Of a stretch of DNA of 64,000 nt, positions 55,562 to 64,000 are shown one piece after another (within the stretch, counting starts at the first letter, position 1; each line of letters starts with the position of its first letter). Position numbers and translations under genes: made by a program. The stretch is from Bacteroidota bacterium (GTDB taxonomy: Bacteria; Bacteroidota; Bacteroidia; Bacteroidales; DTGW01): the NCBI GenBank assembly GCA_029550865.1, contig JAKPGM010000006.1, positions 9,373 through 73,372 of the forward strand, written 5' to 3'. Below the pieces are notes generated by a model. That model made no database searches. It was given only the letters and a program-made list of their open reading frames with translations, and was not told the origin of the DNA.

Positions 55562-58450
55562 TTGTCGAACAATACCATGTTAATGGGTATTGTTAAAAAT
55601 CACACAAGAACCAATGTGCATAATACCTACTATATGTATTTACCTGACCACGAGCAAATGACCAATGATTCATCCCTTATCAAAGAACTAGATGATTCCT
55701 CTTACGAAAGTCTTTTGACTCAAGCGGGGCTACTATTATATTCCATTAATTTTTCATCACAGGCCTGGCTAGGAAAAGGCAATATTCTTAAATTAACAGG
55801 TGAAGAAACAGATGTTTTTAAGCATTATAATTTCGAGCAATATATCAACCGTATTCATCCCGATGATAAGGAGAAATTTCTCAGTATTCATAACGAAGCT
55901 CGCGCCAAAAAAGGAAACTATTCGATTACTTATCGCTTCAGAAGAAAAGACGGCTCTTATGCATTTTTCCTTGATAATGGTTGCTACCAATGCAATGATT
56001 CTGAGACACCTTTGGCTATTGGATTGATTTCAGACGCAAGTTCATTGGTCAATTTGCAGAAAATAATCGACATCAAAGTCCGTATACAAAATCTTTTTAA
56101 TCAGATTGCCAACATAGCCCACGAGGTTGATTCTGCAGAAGAACTTGTACTTCGTTCGTTGAAATATATTTGTGAGCACACTGGTTGGCCTTTGGCACAT
56201 GCTATTATTTTTCAAGAATTGAATCACAGCATAAAAATGTCGCCATCTATTATTTTCTCTGGCGACCCACAGCAATATCTTCAACTCATCAACCATTTTC
56301 ACGCACACCATAGCCAGGTTACACTTACAGTCGATCACCAACAGGTAATAAATGCAAAGAAAGCCCGATGGATTAAGGATATTCATTTACGAGAAGATTA
56401 CCCTCATCATCAACTCCTCCTGGATACGGGATTGCAACACCTGATACTAATTCCATTACTTTTTTCGGGTAAAGTTGTTGGAATTATTGAGTTTTATGCA
56501 TATCATATCGAAGGCCAGGATGAATGGATATCGGAGCTAATGGAACAAATGGGGAATCAATTGGGTTTGATTATTGAATTAAAGGCCTCCATCGAACAGC
56601 TTCGTAAACTATCAATGGCTATTGAACAAAATTTCACCTCGATTGAAATTACGGATGCCAACGGCATTATTGAATATGTAAATCCTATTTTTACGCAAGT
56701 AACCGGATACAGCGCTGAAGAAATCATCGGGAAAAAGCCTTCAATACTCAAATCGGGAATACACACGCCTGAATTTTATAAACAACTCTGGCAAACCATA
56801 AGCTCGGGCAATCTCTGGCAGGGAGAGATATGTAACCGACGAAAGGACGGGAGTTTGTATTGGGAACAGGTCACCATATCGCCAGTAAAAAATGCACGTC
56901 AGGAAATTATCAATTATGTTGCGGTAAAAATTGATATTACTGCCAAACGACAATACGAAGAGCAGCTAAAAAAAGCCAAGGAAGAAGCCGAAGCTGCTAA
57001 TCGGGCAAAGAGTGAGTTTCTGGCTAACATGAGCCACGAAATTCGAACCCCTATGAACGCTATCCTGGGTTTTACCGAAGTACTGTCCCAAAAAATTGTA
57101 GACGAACAGCTTAAGTCATATCTTGATTCCATAAAAAGTAGCGGCAAAAACCTTCTTACCCTCATCAATGATGTGCTCGACCTGTCGAAAATAGAGGCAG
57201 GTAAAATGAAACTTTCGCGCGAATTTATTGACCCATTTGTACTATTTAAAGATGTGGAATACCTGTTTTCGCTGCGAGCACAGGAAAAAGGACTCGATTT
57301 CAAAGTAATTATTGATCTTAATTTGCCCAGCGGTATTGAAGTTGATGAGGTGCGTCTACGGCAGATACTAATCAACTTAATAGGGAATGCCATCAAATTT
57401 ACAGAGAAAGGGAGCGTAATGGTTTATGTTTCCACATTTCCTCACTCAAGTGAGCTGGTTGACCTGAAAATTGAGGTAAAAGATACGGGGATTGGTATTG
57501 ATCCACAACACTTGCAGAAAATCTTCGAACCTTTCACCCAACTCGAGAATGCTTCGACCAAACGTTTTGGCGGCACAGGTCTGGGTTTGAGCATTACCAA
57601 ACGGTTGGTTGATTTAATGGGTGGTGAGATAGCCGTTGAAAGTGAACTAAACAAAGGCACAACCTTTACTGTAATCTTCAAGCGTTTGCGCTGTACCAGT
57701 CGGCATCAGCAAAATCTGGAGATGATTAACATCGATCCAAGAAAAATCAAGTTTCAACCAGCAATCGTCATTATTGCCGATGACGTGGACACCAATCGGC
57801 AATATCTTAAAACCGTCTTGCAGGATACCGAGTTAGTAGTACTGGAAAGTACCAATGGTATCGAAACTTTTGAACTTGCAAAAAATCGTAGACCCCAACT
57901 GATTATTACCGATCTTAAAATGCCTGGAATGAATGGGTTTGAGCTTCTTTCAAAAATCAGAAACGAACCCTTAACCCGACATATCCCAATAATTGCTACA
58001 ACCGCTACAGCCAGCATCGAAGAGCAGGACAAACTTAAGGTACATCATTTCGATGGAATTCTCATCAAGCCAATACAAGTTAACGACGTTTATATCGAAT
58101 TGATGCGTTTTCTTGCACACGAAATTATTGAAGATGACAACAAAGAAAGCCTGAGTGATATTGCAATCGTTGCCAAAACCGATTCCGATATACGGGTGGT
58201 GAAAGCTATACTCGAAAACGAATTAATGACCATTTGGAAAAATTTTGAAGAACAACAACCGCTCACAGAGGTAGAACATTTTGCTACCCAGATTAAAGAA
58301 CTGGGCAAAAAATATGAACTCGAAATCTTAATCAGCTACGGCAATCGTCTGCTCATGGCGGTAAATAATTTCGATATTGAGCAGATGTTAAAAATTTTAA
58401 GCGATTATCCAAAATTATTGAATACCTTTAAAGTAGTAACCGAAGATTAA
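55562..58450 (+). CDS. Hybrid sensor histidine kinase (PAS-GAF-PAS-HisKA-HATPase-REC plus helical tail)
   Basis: 962-aa ORF; TTG start at 55562, or an ATG a few codons in. It has PAS text (INRIHPDDKEKF...YRFRRKDGSYAF; IIEYVNPIFTQVTGYSAEEIIGK), H-box SHEIRTPMNAILGF, N-box and G-boxes (NLIGNAIKFT, DTGIGI, GGTGLGLSI), REC (IIADDVDTNRQYL...DLKMPGMNG) and a C-terminal HPt-like helix (EHFATQIKELG). Confidence 0.88.
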   Translation: MSNNTMLMGIVKNHTRTNVHNTYYMYLPDHEQMTNDSSLIKELDDSSYESLLTQAGLLLYSINFSSQAWLGKGNILKLTGEETDVFKHYNFEQYINRIHPDDKEKFLSIHNEARAKKGNYSITYRFRRKDGSYAFFLDNGCYQCNDSETPLAIGLISDASSLVNLQKIIDIKVRIQNLFNQIANIAHEVDSAEELVLRSLKYICEHTGWPLAHAIIFQELNHSIKMSPSIIFSGDPQQYLQLINHFHAHHSQVTLTVDHQQVINAKKARWIKDIHLREDYPHHQLLLDTGLQHLILIPLLFSGKVVGIIEFYAYHIEGQDEWISELMEQMGNQLGLIIELKASIEQLRKLSMAIEQNFTSIEITDANGIIEYVNPIFTQVTGYSAEEIIGKKPSILKSGIHTPEFYKQLWQTISSGNLWQGEICNRRKDGSLYWEQVTISPVKNARQEIINYVAVKIDITAKRQYEEQLKKAKEEAEAANRAKSEFLANMSHEIRTPMNAILGFTEVLSQKIVDEQLKSYLDSIKSSGKNLLTLINDVLDLSKIEAGKMKLSREFIDPFVLFKDVEYLFSLRAQEKGLDFKVIIDLNLPSGIEVDEVRLRQILINLIGNAIKFTEKGSVMVYVSTFPHSSELVDLKIEVKDTGIGIDPQHLQKIFEPFTQLENASTKRFGGTGLGLSITKRLVDLMGGEIAVESELNKGTTFTVIFKRLRCTSRHQQNLEMINIDPRKIKFQPAIVIIADDVDTNRQYLKTVLQDTELVVLESTNGIETFELAKNRRPQLIITDLKMPGMNGFELLSKIRNEPLTRHIPIIATTATASIEEQDKLKVHHFDGILIKPIQVNDVYIELMRFLAHEIIEDDNKESLSDIAIVAKTDSDIRVVKAILENELMTIWKNFEEQQPLTEVEHFATQIKELGKKYELEILISYGNRLLMAVNNFDIEQMLKILSDYPKLLNTFKVVTED

Positions 58451-58460
58451 AAAAACCAAC

Positions 58461-59681
58461 ATGAACGGGTTCGATCCAAAAAGATTTACCATATTAATGG
58501 TAGACGACAACCCCAAGAATCTTCAACTTTTGGGTACCACCCTCAGAAATGAGGGGTTTCAGGTAGAATTTGCCACCAATGGCAGGATAGCACTCAACTG
58601 GGTAAGCAAAAAAAATTTTGATCTGATTTTACTCGACATTATGATGCCAGAATTGTCGGGGTATGAAGTTTGCGAACAAATCAGGAAAATTAAGGAATAT
58701 GACGATGTCCCGATTATATTTCTGACAGCCAAAACCGAAAAAGAAAGTGTAGTTTATGGATTTAAAGTAGGGGCACAGGATTACATTACCAAGCCTTTTG
58801 ACACAGCAGAATTACTTGCACGTGTACGCACCCATCTCGAATTGCGTTACAACAAATTAGAACTTAAAAACATCAACCATAACCTCGAAAAACTTGTAGA
58901 AGAGCGAACCCACGAATTAAATATCCTGAATCAGAAGCTACAGAAAGCAAACGAGGAACTCCGAACGCTGGATAAAGCAAAGTCGGAATTTCTTCATATC
59001 ATAGCGCACGAAATACGTACCCCGCTGAATGGTATCAAAGGATCGATTGACATCATGAAAGAGCTTAACGAACATAACTCATTTGGCGCTTTATTCAATA
59101 TCCTCGAAGAATCGGTAACCCGTCTGGAACGATTTTCACTTTTTGCATTGAAAATAACTCAATTGCAAACCGGAAAATATGAGCTGGATTTACAACCCAT
59201 TGCTATACATTCGCTGGTACAGCAAATTTTGCAGAAATTTAAGGAACAAATCCAGAAAAAATTACTCAAAATTACCTTAAAAATACCAAAAGAGTTGTTT
59301 GTTACAGCCGATTGGGAACTTATCAACACCTGTTTTTCGGCCGTTATCGACAATGCCATAAAATTTACCCATCCCTCGGGCAGTGTATTCATTGAAGCCG
59401 AAGAAGACGAAAATCATATTTTGGTAAAAATTACCGATGAAGGGCCGGGTTTTTCGGATAAAGCCATGCAGAATTTATTCAAACTTTTTAGTCCGGGCGA
59501 ACGCCATATTAATGAAAACGAGGGCATAGATCTGGCCATGGCAAAGCTGATAATGGATGCTCATCGAGGTGAAATTCAAATCAATAATTATGCAAAAGGT
59601 GCAGTAGTAAGCCTCATTTTTCCGAAAAATGAAGTCAATCTCAACGAATACGCTAATTTACAGCAAAATACCCAAAAATGA
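58461..59681 (+). CDS. Response-regulator receiver fused to histidine kinase (REC-coiled coil-HisKA-HATPase)
   Basis: 406-aa ORF with REC (ILMVDDNPKNLQLL...LLDIMMPELSGYEV...KPF), H-box AHEIRTPLNGIKGS and an ATPase domain (DNAIKFT..., TDEGPGF). It starts 10 nt after the previous kinase. Confidence 0.88.
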   Translation: MNGFDPKRFTILMVDDNPKNLQLLGTTLRNEGFQVEFATNGRIALNWVSKKNFDLILLDIMMPELSGYEVCEQIRKIKEYDDVPIIFLTAKTEKESVVYGFKVGAQDYITKPFDTAELLARVRTHLELRYNKLELKNINHNLEKLVEERTHELNILNQKLQKANEELRTLDKAKSEFLHIIAHEIRTPLNGIKGSIDIMKELNEHNSFGALFNILEESVTRLERFSLFALKITQLQTGKYELDLQPIAIHSLVQQILQKFKEQIQKKLLKITLKIPKELFVTADWELINTCFSAVIDNAIKFTHPSGSVFIEAEEDENHILVKITDEGPGFSDKAMQNLFKLFSPGERHINENEGIDLAMAKLIMDAHRGEIQINNYAKGAVVSLIFPKNEVNLNEYANLQQNTQK

Positions 59682-59734
59682 TAGCCCCAGCATTTGAATA
59701 CCAGGGCTATAATGATGAAAGCGTTCACAATAAG

Positions 59735-61189
59735 TTACACATTGTAAGTGGTTGATGCAGTATCTCCCCCTCTACCGGTCCAGTTGGTATGGAAAAATTC
59801 TCCTCTGGGTTTGTCGATACGTTCATAGGTATGGGCTCCGAAGTAGTCGCGTTGAGCCTGAAGCAAATTAGCCGGTAACGATTCACTACGATATCCGTCA
59901 AAATATGCGAGAGCAGCAGCAAAGGCAGGAACAGCAATGCCATTTTGGGCGGCAGTGGCTACTACCTCGCGCCATCCTTTCTGAGCATTTAATAACTTTT
60001 CACGGAAAAATTCATCGAGCATTAGATTGTTAAGTCCGGGATTTTTGTCAAAAGCTTCTTTGATTTTTCCCAAAAATGCAGAACGTATAATACACCCTCC
60101 GCGCCACATAAGGGCAATGTCTCCATAATTAAGGTTCCATTGGTATTCATGGGCAGCAGCACGCATCAACGCAAAGCCCTGCGCATACGATACTATTTTG
60201 GAAGCAAAAAGCGCATGCTCGAGATATTGAACAAACTCCTGTTTATTGCCTGAAAATGAAACATTAGGTCCCAGCAAAATTTTTGAAGCATTCACACGTT
60301 CCTCTTTCATGGCCGATAACGATCGTGCAAAAACCGCTTCCACAATAAGCGTTACAGGCACTCCAAGGTGCAATGCCTCAATACCCGTCCACTTTCCAGT
60401 GCCTTTCTGCCCGGCTGCATCCAGAATTTTATCTACCAGGTAACTACCATCGGATTCACGGTAAGCTAAAATGTCGCCTGTGATCTCGATCAGGTAGCTA
60501 TTCAAATCGCCTTTATTCCATTGACGAAAGATATCTGACATTTCGCTGTTTGAAAGTCCAAGCAATTCGCGCATAAGGTAGTAAGCCTCGCTAATAAGCT
60601 GCATGTCGCCATACTCGATACCATTATGCACCATTTTCACAAAATGTCCAGCGCCATTGTCGCCCACCCATTCGCAGCAGGGGATATTGCCATCGACTTT
60701 GGCAGCAATTGCTTGAAAAATAGGCTTTACAAAAGGCCACGCTTTAGATGAACCGCCTGGCATGATGCTTGGACCCAGCAAGGCTCCCTCTTCTCCACCC
60801 GAAACACCAGTACCAATAAATAGCAAACCCTTACTCTCGAGATATTGTGTACGGCGTATACTGTCGGCAAAATATGAGTTTCCTCCATCAATAATAATAT
60901 CTCCAGGTTCGAGATAAGGAATAAGCTGTTCGATAAGGTCATCAACAGGTTTACCCGCCTTAACCATAAGCATCACTTTTCGGGGGCGTTCAAGTGAATC
61001 GACAAGTTCTTTGATGGAATGTGCCCCCCGGATATTCTTCCCCTTCGCCCTGCCATTCAAAAAAGCGTCTACCTTTTCGGTAGTTCGATTATAAACGGTT
61101 ACCGTAAAACCTTTGCTTTCCATGTTCAGTACCAGGTTTTCGCCCATAACGGCCAAACCTGCCAATCCAATATCTGATTTCTGTTTCAT
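59735..61189 (-). CDS. gnd: 6-phosphogluconate dehydrogenase, decarboxylating
   Basis: The track ORF extends to 61240. The canonical start MKQKSDIGLAGLAVMGENLVLNMESKGF (Rossmann GxAxMG) is at 61189. Downstream motifs include IIDGGNS.. and GAGHFVKMVHNGIEYGDMQLI. Confidence 0.93.
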   Translation of the reverse strand: MKQKSDIGLAGLAVMGENLVLNMESKGFTVTVYNRTTEKVDAFLNGRAKGKNIRGAHSIKELVDSLERPRKVMLMVKAGKPVDDLIEQLIPYLEPGDIIIDGGNSYFADSIRRTQYLESKGLLFIGTGVSGGEEGALLGPSIMPGGSSKAWPFVKPIFQAIAAKVDGNIPCCEWVGDNGAGHFVKMVHNGIEYGDMQLISEAYYLMRELLGLSNSEMSDIFRQWNKGDLNSYLIEITGDILAYRESDGSYLVDKILDAAGQKGTGKWTGIEALHLGVPVTLIVEAVFARSLSAMKEERVNASKILLGPNVSFSGNKQEFVQYLEHALFASKIVSYAQGFALMRAAAHEYQWNLNYGDIALMWRGGCIIRSAFLGKIKEAFDKNPGLNNLMLDEFFREKLLNAQKGWREVVATAAQNGIAVPAFAAALAYFDGYRSESLPANLLQAQRDYFGAHTYERIDKPRGEFFHTNWTGRGGDTASTTYNV

Positions 61190-61269
61190 ATGTTTATTAA
61201 TTTTTTTCCTTAACAAAACAATCTGAATTATGTTAAACATGAATTATTTGAGCATCATCATCAACCTTA

Positions 61270-62565
61270 TCAGTTCGTTCTGCTGGCTGATGCGTTTTCA
61301 ACAAATTTGTCCTTCCACGCCCAAAGTCCCAGCGCTGGATTTGAAATAAAATAAACTTCTTCCCCATTAACCATATTCATTCCCTCTTTCAATAGGTTGG
61401 GGGGATATTTTTTTATCATCTCATCATAGGGGGCATAATCAAAGCCCACGTTTTCGATTTCTTCCTCTGACAGGAATTTTGGACAATAGGTAATACGAAA
61501 CCTTCCATCGGAACTTCCATGGATAAGGTGAGCAGCCGCCCCAAGGTTTTGCTGCAGTTCAACATTTTGTTCAACAGCCTTCAGGATAGCAGTGGTACCT
61601 TTGTAGCCAAACTTCCGTATCAACTGGTCGATTTTGGGGTCTTCCCCAAAACGATTGACTGCAGGTGCCAGTACAATAAGCTCTCCTTCGTCGGCCAAAA
61701 CCATTCGTGTCCTATAGATACTTTTATTTCCCAGCCATGTACTTTTATATTCATCTTCGGGAAGGTAAACTACAATTTTTTTCAGAGGGGATTCGAGCAT
61801 CTGGAAGTTAACTTTTAAGGACAAAGCTGCAGCCTTTTCAAAAACCTCGGTACCATATCCAATAAACAATCCTCGTAGCACAAGCCGCTGGTCATTGGTT
61901 TGTCCCATGACCGTTAGCACGTATAGCATCGGAAGATGAGCAAGGTATTTTTCCTCGGCATAGTTTAGCAGCTTGCGGACAGGATTCTGGCTTCGGCCCA
62001 TAATGCGCTCCATACCATAGGCAGCACCCAGAAAGTGGCTTTTATTGATAGCCTCGGATCCTCCTGTGCCTACCAGAATATTTTTGTTGTAATTGGCCAT
62101 CCCCGTTACTTCGTGGGGAACTACCTGACCCACCGATACAATAAGATCGTGATTTCCGCTGTGTATCAACCGATTTACCTGTACTGGCCAGTCATAACTG
62201 ACTCGCCCTTCGGAAATAGTTCTTATAAAATCCGCAGAAACACGACCCAATTCAACAACATCATTACGCCAATCGTGTATGCGAAAAAGATTTGCAGGGA
62301 TATTTTTGAACATATTGGCTATTTCGGATGCAGTCATGGGCGCATGTGTTCCCAGGGCTGGTAAAATATCAGATATACGATCACGATAGTATTCATATAC
62401 GAGAGAAGTAAGTTCACCCGCCATGGAATGTCGCCGGGTAGAATCGGGTGGAATAATCATCACCTTACGGCGTGTTCCCAATTTTTCGAAAACACTAAAA
62501 AGTGCCTGCCGTGCCTCCTGCAAAGAGATTTCATCGGTCTCCGATCCTCGTTCGAAATAAATCAT
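61270..62565 (-). CDS. LarA-like (DUF2088) protein, putative nickel-pincer-cofactor-dependent racemase/epimerase
   Basis: 431-aa ORF with KVMIIPPDSTRRHS...ILPALGTHAPMT...LIVSVGQVVPHEVTGMANYNKNILVG. This is colinear with my memory of L. plantarum LarA (IVIISSDHTRP...ATGFHRP...ISEGFIESHFFAGFSGGRK). Confidence 0.6.
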   Translation of the reverse strand: MIYFERGSETDEISLQEARQALFSVFEKLGTRRKVMIIPPDSTRRHSMAGELTSLVYEYYRDRISDILPALGTHAPMTASEIANMFKNIPANLFRIHDWRNDVVELGRVSADFIRTISEGRVSYDWPVQVNRLIHSGNHDLIVSVGQVVPHEVTGMANYNKNILVGTGGSEAINKSHFLGAAYGMERIMGRSQNPVRKLLNYAEEKYLAHLPMLYVLTVMGQTNDQRLVLRGLFIGYGTEVFEKAAALSLKVNFQMLESPLKKIVVYLPEDEYKSTWLGNKSIYRTRMVLADEGELIVLAPAVNRFGEDPKIDQLIRKFGYKGTTAILKAVEQNVELQQNLGAAAHLIHGSSDGRFRITYCPKFLSEEEIENVGFDYAPYDEMIKKYPPNLLKEGMNMVNGEEVYFISNPALGLWAWKDKFVENASASRTN

Positions 62566-62576
62566 ATTGCAAATAT

Positions 62577-63668
62577 TTAACGAATTACCCTGGCATTACC
62601 TTCCCAGATACTCCATATTTGCGCCTCATTGAGAGGTTGCAAATAATCGGTAAGCAAGGTCACAGCCATAGCCCCACATGCCCAGCCAAACTGCAAAGCT
62701 CTTTCCACTGTCCAACCCTTTAACAATCCATACAGAATTCCCCCCACAAAGGCATCACCCCCGCCAATTCTATCCAGCACATCGATGGGACGTGAAGGTA
62801 TTTCGAACCATTGGTTTCGATCGAATAAAATTGCTCCCCATAGATGTTGGTTGGCATTTATCGTTTCGCGTAAGGAAGTGGCAAATATTTTCACCTGTGG
62901 GTAATGTTCACTTATTGCAGCGACTGTATCTTTATATTGATCGTATCGATGCTGCATAAGATTATCTGTCGAGGGCACTTTTTCACCCAGGCACTTTTCA
63001 AAGTCTTCCGCACCGGCAAAAAGAAAATCGGCATGTTCGGCAATATAGCGAAAAACTCGTTGAAGTTCCTCCTCTCGATTTTGCCAGAACGACGGACGAT
63101 AGTTCATATCGAACGAAACAAGCATGCCATTTTTTTGTGCTATCTCAATCAGGTCGAGGCAAAATTTTGCGGTTTGTGGAGATATAGCTGCAATTAAGCC
63201 TGAAATATGCAATACCTGTACCCCTTCTTTTTCGAAAATTCGTACCAGATCAAAATCCGAAGCGTTAAGCGTAGCCCCTACCTCACCAGTACGATCGTTG
63301 TGCACTCTTGGGCCACGAACCCCAAAACCCATGTCGGCTATGTTGAACTGATGACGAAATCCCCAGGGTCCTCCCTGAGGCACCTCTTTGGCCTCCACAT
63401 CAAATCCTCGAGCACGCAAATTGTATTTGATAAACTCAGCTATGGGACTATCCTGTACAAAACGCGTTAATACTTTGACCGGCAAACCAAGATAAGTCAA
63501 AACACTTGCTGTATTGGTCTCGGCACTGGTAGCCTGCATCACATAACGATCGCTACAATGTACTGGTTGACGGTCAACAGGAGTAAGCCTTACGCCCATG
63601 CTGGTAGGCACCAATAGTGCATAACGACAGTTAGAACGAAAAATCATTGCAAAGTTTTTCTTTATCAA
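62577..63668 (-). CDS. PfkB-family sugar(-acid) kinase, 2-dehydro-3-deoxygluconokinase-like
   Basis: 363-aa ORF with the PfkB C-terminal signature DRIGGGDAFVGGILYGLLKG and the N-terminal ribokinase-like fold pattern. The start may be an internal Met. Confidence 0.75.
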   Translation of the reverse strand: MIKKNFAMIFRSNCRYALLVPTSMGVRLTPVDRQPVHCSDRYVMQATSAETNTASVLTYLGLPVKVLTRFVQDSPIAEFIKYNLRARGFDVEAKEVPQGGPWGFRHQFNIADMGFGVRGPRVHNDRTGEVGATLNASDFDLVRIFEKEGVQVLHISGLIAAISPQTAKFCLDLIEIAQKNGMLVSFDMNYRPSFWQNREEELQRVFRYIAEHADFLFAGAEDFEKCLGEKVPSTDNLMQHRYDQYKDTVAAISEHYPQVKIFATSLRETINANQHLWGAILFDRNQWFEIPSRPIDVLDRIGGGDAFVGGILYGLLKGWTVERALQFGWACGAMAVTLLTDYLQPLNEAQIWSIWEGNARVIR

Positions 63669-63793
63669 TTCAGCAAAAGTACAAAAAGCTCAGCTAAACA
63701 GCAGAAAAAGGGTAAAAAAACATTTGAGACGGAAAGTATACCCATTTCCTTGGGAAAAGTCGAAAAACAAATTAACTTTATGGAGCAAATTAT

Positions 63794-64000
63794 ATGACTA
63801 TGGCTGAAAAAATGGATGTAAAAGGGACTTCTGTTAGGTCGGTAGTGGAATTTATTGATAAATTTTATCCGACACAAAAACAAAACTGGCTTAATGCTTT
63901 ACCGGAAGAATCGAGAAAAATTATGTCGGGATTTCTATTTACTAACAATTGGTATCCGATTAAAGAATCTTTAATTACGCCCATGCAGGCAATCAGTAAA
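63794..64000 (+). CDS. Hypothetical protein, N-terminal fragment (runs off window)
   Basis: My translation from the ATG at 63794 gives MTMAEKMDVKGTSVRSVVEFIDKFYPTQKQNWLNALPEESRKIMSGFLFTNNWYPIKESLITPMQAISK, open to the window end. It is not in the track because it is unterminated. Confidence 0.5.
   Translation, partial: MTMAEKMDVKGTSVRSVVEFIDKFYPTQKQNWLNALPEESRKIMSGFLFTNNWYPIKESLITPMQAISK

Noticed and set aside
56914-57396. 160-aa ORF antisense to the hybrid kinase, with several smaller ones nearby
   Set aside because: They are Ser/Arg/Leu-rich antisense shadows of a kinase with clear H, N and G boxes.
59681-59710. Hairpin ATAGCCC...GGGCTAT between the REC-HK gene and gnd, as a terminator
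   Set aside because: It has a 7-bp stem with a 16-nt loop and no flanking T-run on either strand. That is too weak to call.
1-64000. CRISPR arrays, transposases, integrases, prophage blocks, toxin-antitoxin pairs and restriction-modification genes
   Set aside because: I scanned the ORF track and the intergenic regions. I found no regularly spaced repeats, no DDE or tyrosine-recombinase-like ORFs, and no recognisable defence genes. The only repeat family seen is the 21.1/24.3 kb pair reported above.

Overview
This 64-kb chromosomal segment reads as Bacteroidota. Supporting signs are a SusC/SusD pair, a T9SS C-terminal sorting domain, TAnnTTTG -7 promoter boxes 17-50 nt upstream of many starts, and a fused str-S10-spc ribosomal cluster without tuf. 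All calls come from reading the sequence and the ORF track; no database search was run, and all identities are by-eye estimates.

Layout:
- 1-12.3 kb: 24 translation genes on the minus strand, rplO (truncated) through rpsL, including fusA.
- 12.5-20.6 kb: lpxK, an rlmB-like methyltransferase, an ABC-F ATPase, a eukaryote-like LRR+ankyrin protein, aguB-aguA (agmatine to putrescine), and a GH5 lipoprotein.
- 21.1-24.4 kb: a three-gene module (Nudix-type regulator with a degenerate Nudix box, Na+/solute symporter, 67-aa membrane protein) bracketed by two ~105-nt direct repeats.
- 24.5-28.7 kb: a translationally coupled five-gene envelope operon of unknown function (helical-repeat protein, LolA-like protein, exported YidD paralog, two paralogous helical-repeat membrane proteins), with a convergent TM2 protein.
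- 28.9-33.5 kb: a SusC/SusD pair preceded by a perfect LacI-type palindrome.
- 33.6-40.2 kb: aspartate kinase, tRNA-Leu(CAA), rlmD, a radical SAM protein, the [FeFe]-hydrogenase maturase HydF, and a CarboxypepD_reg protein.
- 40.25-44.1 kb: an apparent queD / queF-like / HydS-type sensory [FeFe]-hydrogenase / PP2C phosphatase operon. I rate this the most interesting system in the window.
- 44.3-64 kb: a T9SS cargo protein, tRNA-Arg(CCT), a serine hydrolase, TfoX_C, patB-like, cysK, a BamA/TamA-family protein, an orphan 304-aa protein, RNase P RNA, GTP-PEPCK, two tandem hybrid histidine kinases, and gnd with a LarA-like protein and a PfkB kinase.

No CRISPR array, transposase, integrase or rRNA was seen.
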